A DNA stretch of 29,939 bases from Atribacterota bacterium (lineage in GTDB: Bacteria > Atribacterota > Phoenicimicrobiia > Phoenicimicrobiales > Stramentimicrobiaceae): contig JAXGNR010000016.1 in assembly GCA_040767965.1 (NCBI GenBank), forward strand, positions 1-29,939, in the 5' to 3' direction. The translations under genes and the position numbers were made by a program. Position 1 is the first letter of the stretch. Every line of letters starts with the position of its first letter. The notes beneath the pieces are model-generated. The model did not search any database. It saw only the letters and a list, made by a program, of their open reading frames with translations, and was not told where the DNA came from. Positions 27,187 through 29,939 of this stretch are shown here, piece after piece.

Positions 27187-28143
27187 ATGAAAAAAAATAC
27201 AAATGAAAATTTAAAAAAATACTGGAATTTAGTAAGTAAAAACGGAATATTATTTATATTCTTATTATTATGCATTCTGTTATCTTTCATTACCCCGGGA
27301 TTTTTGTCCTGGCCTAATATTATCAATGTACTCAGACAAAGCTCTATTATAGGAATAATGGCAATTGGAACAACCTTTGTCATTATCGGAGGAGGATTTG
27401 ATATCTCAGTCGGGTCATTGCTTGCTTTAACAGCAGCTATGAGTGTTGGTCTGCAACACCATATGCACTGGAGCCTGGCTGTATTGCTTGTGTTAATAAT
27501 AGGTGCTATTTTTGGATTTTTTAACGGCTTCTTAACAGCAAAAGTTCACATTCCGGCAATAATTGCCACACTGGGCACCATGACGATTATCAGAGGCCTG
27601 GCATACCTTTATACTGGTGGATATCCTGTTTATGTAGAGGCTCCGGATTTTGCCTATATAGGTACGGGGTACCTGGGACCAATACCATTCCCTATCATTA
27701 TTCTTATTATAATGGTAGTTTTATGGCAATTTATTTTAACAAGAACCAGGTTTGGAAGATATGCCAGTGCACTTGGTGGAAATAAAGAAGCAGCAAGACT
27801 TTCAGGCGTGAAGGTAGATTATTATCATATTCTTACTTTTGTTGTAGGAGGTTTAATGGCTGCTATGGCCGGTATTGTTTATGCTTCACGGCTTTTATCA
27901 GTTACCCCTCTTGCCGGACAGGGTTATGAATTAGATGCCATTGCTTCTACGGTAATTGGCGGAACCAGTGTTTCCGGTGGTGAAGGTTCGGTTGTCAGGA
28001 CACTCATTGGTGTTTTGTTACTGACCATTATTGCTAATGTATTCAATCTTATGGGTATACATATTTATGTTCAGTATGTCGTTAAAGGGGCTATAATCCT
28101 TTCAGCCGTAGGCTTTGATACCTATTCAAAATACCGGCAATAG
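27187..28143 (+). CDS. Sugar ABC transporter permease (RbsC type)
   Basis: GGFDISVG, GGNKEAARLSG, YELDAIASTVIGGTS. Confidence 0.97.
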   Translation: MKKNTNENLKKYWNLVSKNGILFIFLLLCILLSFITPGFLSWPNIINVLRQSSIIGIMAIGTTFVIIGGGFDISVGSLLALTAAMSVGLQHHMHWSLAVLLVLIIGAIFGFFNGFLTAKVHIPAIIATLGTMTIIRGLAYLYTGGYPVYVEAPDFAYIGTGYLGPIPFPIIILIIMVVLWQFILTRTRFGRYASALGGNKEAARLSGVKVDYYHILTFVVGGLMAAMAGIVYASRLLSVTPLAGQGYELDAIASTVIGGTSVSGGEGSVVRTLIGVLLLTIIANVFNLMGIHIYVQYVVKGAIILSAVGFDTYSKYRQ

Positions 28144-28265
28144 TTTTCATATATGCACATTAAATACAATAAGTAAATAGGTAAAAAAAACAATTTCTAT
28201 GCCTGTATGTTTATCTATGTAATATATTTAAGCAATAAAAATTTATATAGAAATAAGGATTTTTA

Positions 28266-29465
28266 ATGAAAAAAAATGCTGTTATTGGTCAGTTAGGTGG
28301 GCCAACCTCTGTAATTAATTCAAGTCTTTACGGGCTCATTCAAGCAGGGCTTAAATCAAAAAAAATAAATCATATTTTGGGAATGAGAGACGGAATTATA
28401 GGTTTACTGGAAGATAAAATTATTGATCTGGGGACAGAAAACCCCGAAGTCCTTCAATCGCTCTGGCAAACCCCTGGCTCAATCCTGGGTTCTTGTAGAT
28501 ATATTCTGAAAAAAGATGATTTTCCTCTCATCCTGAAACAGCTTCAAAAACATAATATTGGTTATGTCTTTCTTATCGGAGGCAATGGAACCATGCAAAT
28601 CAATAAGCAGATTGAACAATATTGTAAAGAAAAAAATTATCAGGTTTGCATAATCGGAATCCCAAAGACAGTAGATAATGATCTTTGTGGCACTGACCAT
28701 GCCCCCGGATTTGCTTCTGCAGCACGATATACTTGTCTTTCGGTACAGCAGGCAGGCAGACTTGCCCGGGATATGCAGAGTGTAGATAAATATGTTGTTT
28801 TCCAGACTGTCGGAAGAGATACCGGCTGGCTGGCTGCTTCAGCAGCACTGGCAAAAAAAAAGGAATCAGATGCTCCTCATCTTATCTATATTCCCGAAAG
28901 ACCTTTCTCCAGAGAAGGATTCCTGTCTGATGTAGAGGATTGTATAAAAAAATACGGATGGGTATATATAGTTTGCGGTGAAGGTATAAAATGGAAAGAT
29001 GATAGATTTGTAGCCAGTCTGCATTCAGAGAATAGCAATAATGATTTTGAATTTGGAGCCATGGGTGGAGGAAGTGCTGCACTTAATTTACACAAGATTA
29101 TCCATCAGGAAACAGATTTCAGAGGTGAATTCCAGATAACTGAGTCTTTATCCATGTGTGCTATAGACAGGGCAAGCAGGGTAGACCTGGAAGAAGCCTA
29201 TGCCTGTGGAGTGAAAGCTATAAAGTTAGCCGAAGAGAGTATATCGGGAGTAATGGTTTCTATTATACGGACTAATTCTTTCCCTTATCAGATAAAATTA
29301 AGTACAGTTCCCTTTGAAGATACAGCCTTAAAAATAAAGCCAGTGGATGATAAATATATTAATGACTGTGGAAACTTTGTAACTAAGGAATACATTGATT
29401 ATATAAAACCACTAGTTGGGAAATTTCCCATATATAGTGAGTTGAATTATATAAAATATAAATAA
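28266..29465 (+). CDS. Phosphofructokinase A family protein (Pfp-like clade, atypical motifs)
   Basis: GGPTSVIN, LGSCR, IGGNGT, PKTVDND, GRDTGWL. Confidence 0.9.
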   Translation: MKKNAVIGQLGGPTSVINSSLYGLIQAGLKSKKINHILGMRDGIIGLLEDKIIDLGTENPEVLQSLWQTPGSILGSCRYILKKDDFPLILKQLQKHNIGYVFLIGGNGTMQINKQIEQYCKEKNYQVCIIGIPKTVDNDLCGTDHAPGFASAARYTCLSVQQAGRLARDMQSVDKYVVFQTVGRDTGWLAASAALAKKKESDAPHLIYIPERPFSREGFLSDVEDCIKKYGWVYIVCGEGIKWKDDRFVASLHSENSNNDFEFGAMGGGSAALNLHKIIHQETDFRGEFQITESLSMCAIDRASRVDLEEAYACGVKAIKLAEESISGVMVSIIRTNSFPYQIKLSTVPFEDTALKIKPVDDKYINDCGNFVTKEYIDYIKPLVGKFPIYSELNYIKYK

Positions 29466-29565
29466 TTAAACCTTATCTTTACTTTTATTTATTCCAAAAT
29501 TAAGTAAATACTTTGAAATATAATTTCATAGTTTCAGGGTGATTTAAATTCAGGAGAGAAGATAT

Positions 29566-29939
29566 ATGAATGTTGTGACTGTCAGAAACTATCACCAACT
29601 CAGTGTTCAAGCGGCTCAGCTGGTTGCCGACCAGATTACACAGAAGAAAAATACCGTCCTGGGTTTGGCTACCGGTCAAACCCCGATTGGAATGTATCAG
29701 GAACTGATTAACATGTTTAATAGAGGCGAAATAGATTTTTCTAAAATCACTACTTTTAACCTGGATGAATACTACGGCTTATCATCCAAACATCCACAGA
29801 GTTATCATTATTATATGTGGAATAACTTTTTAAAACATATCAACATCAAAAAAGAAAATATACACCTACTAAACGGGGTAACTGAAAATATTAAGGAAGA
29901 ATGCAATCAATATGAAAATCTTATTCAAAAAAATGGCGG
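29566..29939 (+). CDS. nagB: Glucosamine-6-phosphate deaminase family, 5' part (truncated by the window edge)
   Basis: RBS AGGAG; VLGLATGQTPIGMY...TFNLDEYYGL...HPQSYHYYM. Confidence 0.93.
   Translation, partial: MNVVTVRNYHQLSVQAAQLVADQITQKKNTVLGLATGQTPIGMYQELINMFNRGEIDFSKITTFNLDEYYGLSSKHPQSYHYYMWNNFLKHINIKKENIHLLNGVTENIKEECNQYENLIQKNG

Noticed and set aside
22435-29095. Short antisense or alternate-frame ORFs within the sugar operon
   Set aside because: Essentially overlapped by well-supported genes, with no recognisable motifs.

Overview
Low-GC bacterial chromosomal window. Gene style is compatible with an anaerobe such as Atribacterota, but this is inference only. There are four zones. 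(1) 1-1.8 kb: the end of a GGDEF gene, a four-helix-bundle (23S rRNA IVP-like) gene bracketed by inverted 8-bp tandem arrays, an RHH/MazF toxin-antitoxin pair, and two REP-like palindromes enclosing a tandem array of IS3 left ends plus a 13-bp collapsed IS footprint. (2) 1.8-16.7 kb: a cyclic-dinucleotide/two-component signalling island. It holds REC-PAS-HD-GYP, a deleted Rcp1-type regulator, a PBP-PAS histidine kinase, two PAS sensors with no output domain, GGDEF-HD-GYP and a membrane SGDEF protein, around a GEMM-I riboswitch upstream of a 1154-aa modular surface lipoprotein. (3) 17-21.8 kb: Phd/PIN and MqsR/MqsA-Panacea TA modules in a mosaic of 7- and 8-bp periodic repeats and palindromes, then an intact IS3 inserted beside the same REP. 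(4) 21.8-29.9 kb: a ROK-regulated sugar ABC/catabolic locus with an unknown TIM-barrel protein, an atypical PFK and nagB. Several genes in zones 2 and 3 are frameshifted, many at homopolymers, which may be long-read errors. The best candidates for novel biology are the REP-targeting IS3 with its end array, the periodic-repeat-delimited TA/four-helix cassettes, and the output-less PAS sensors sharing a C-terminal coiled coil.
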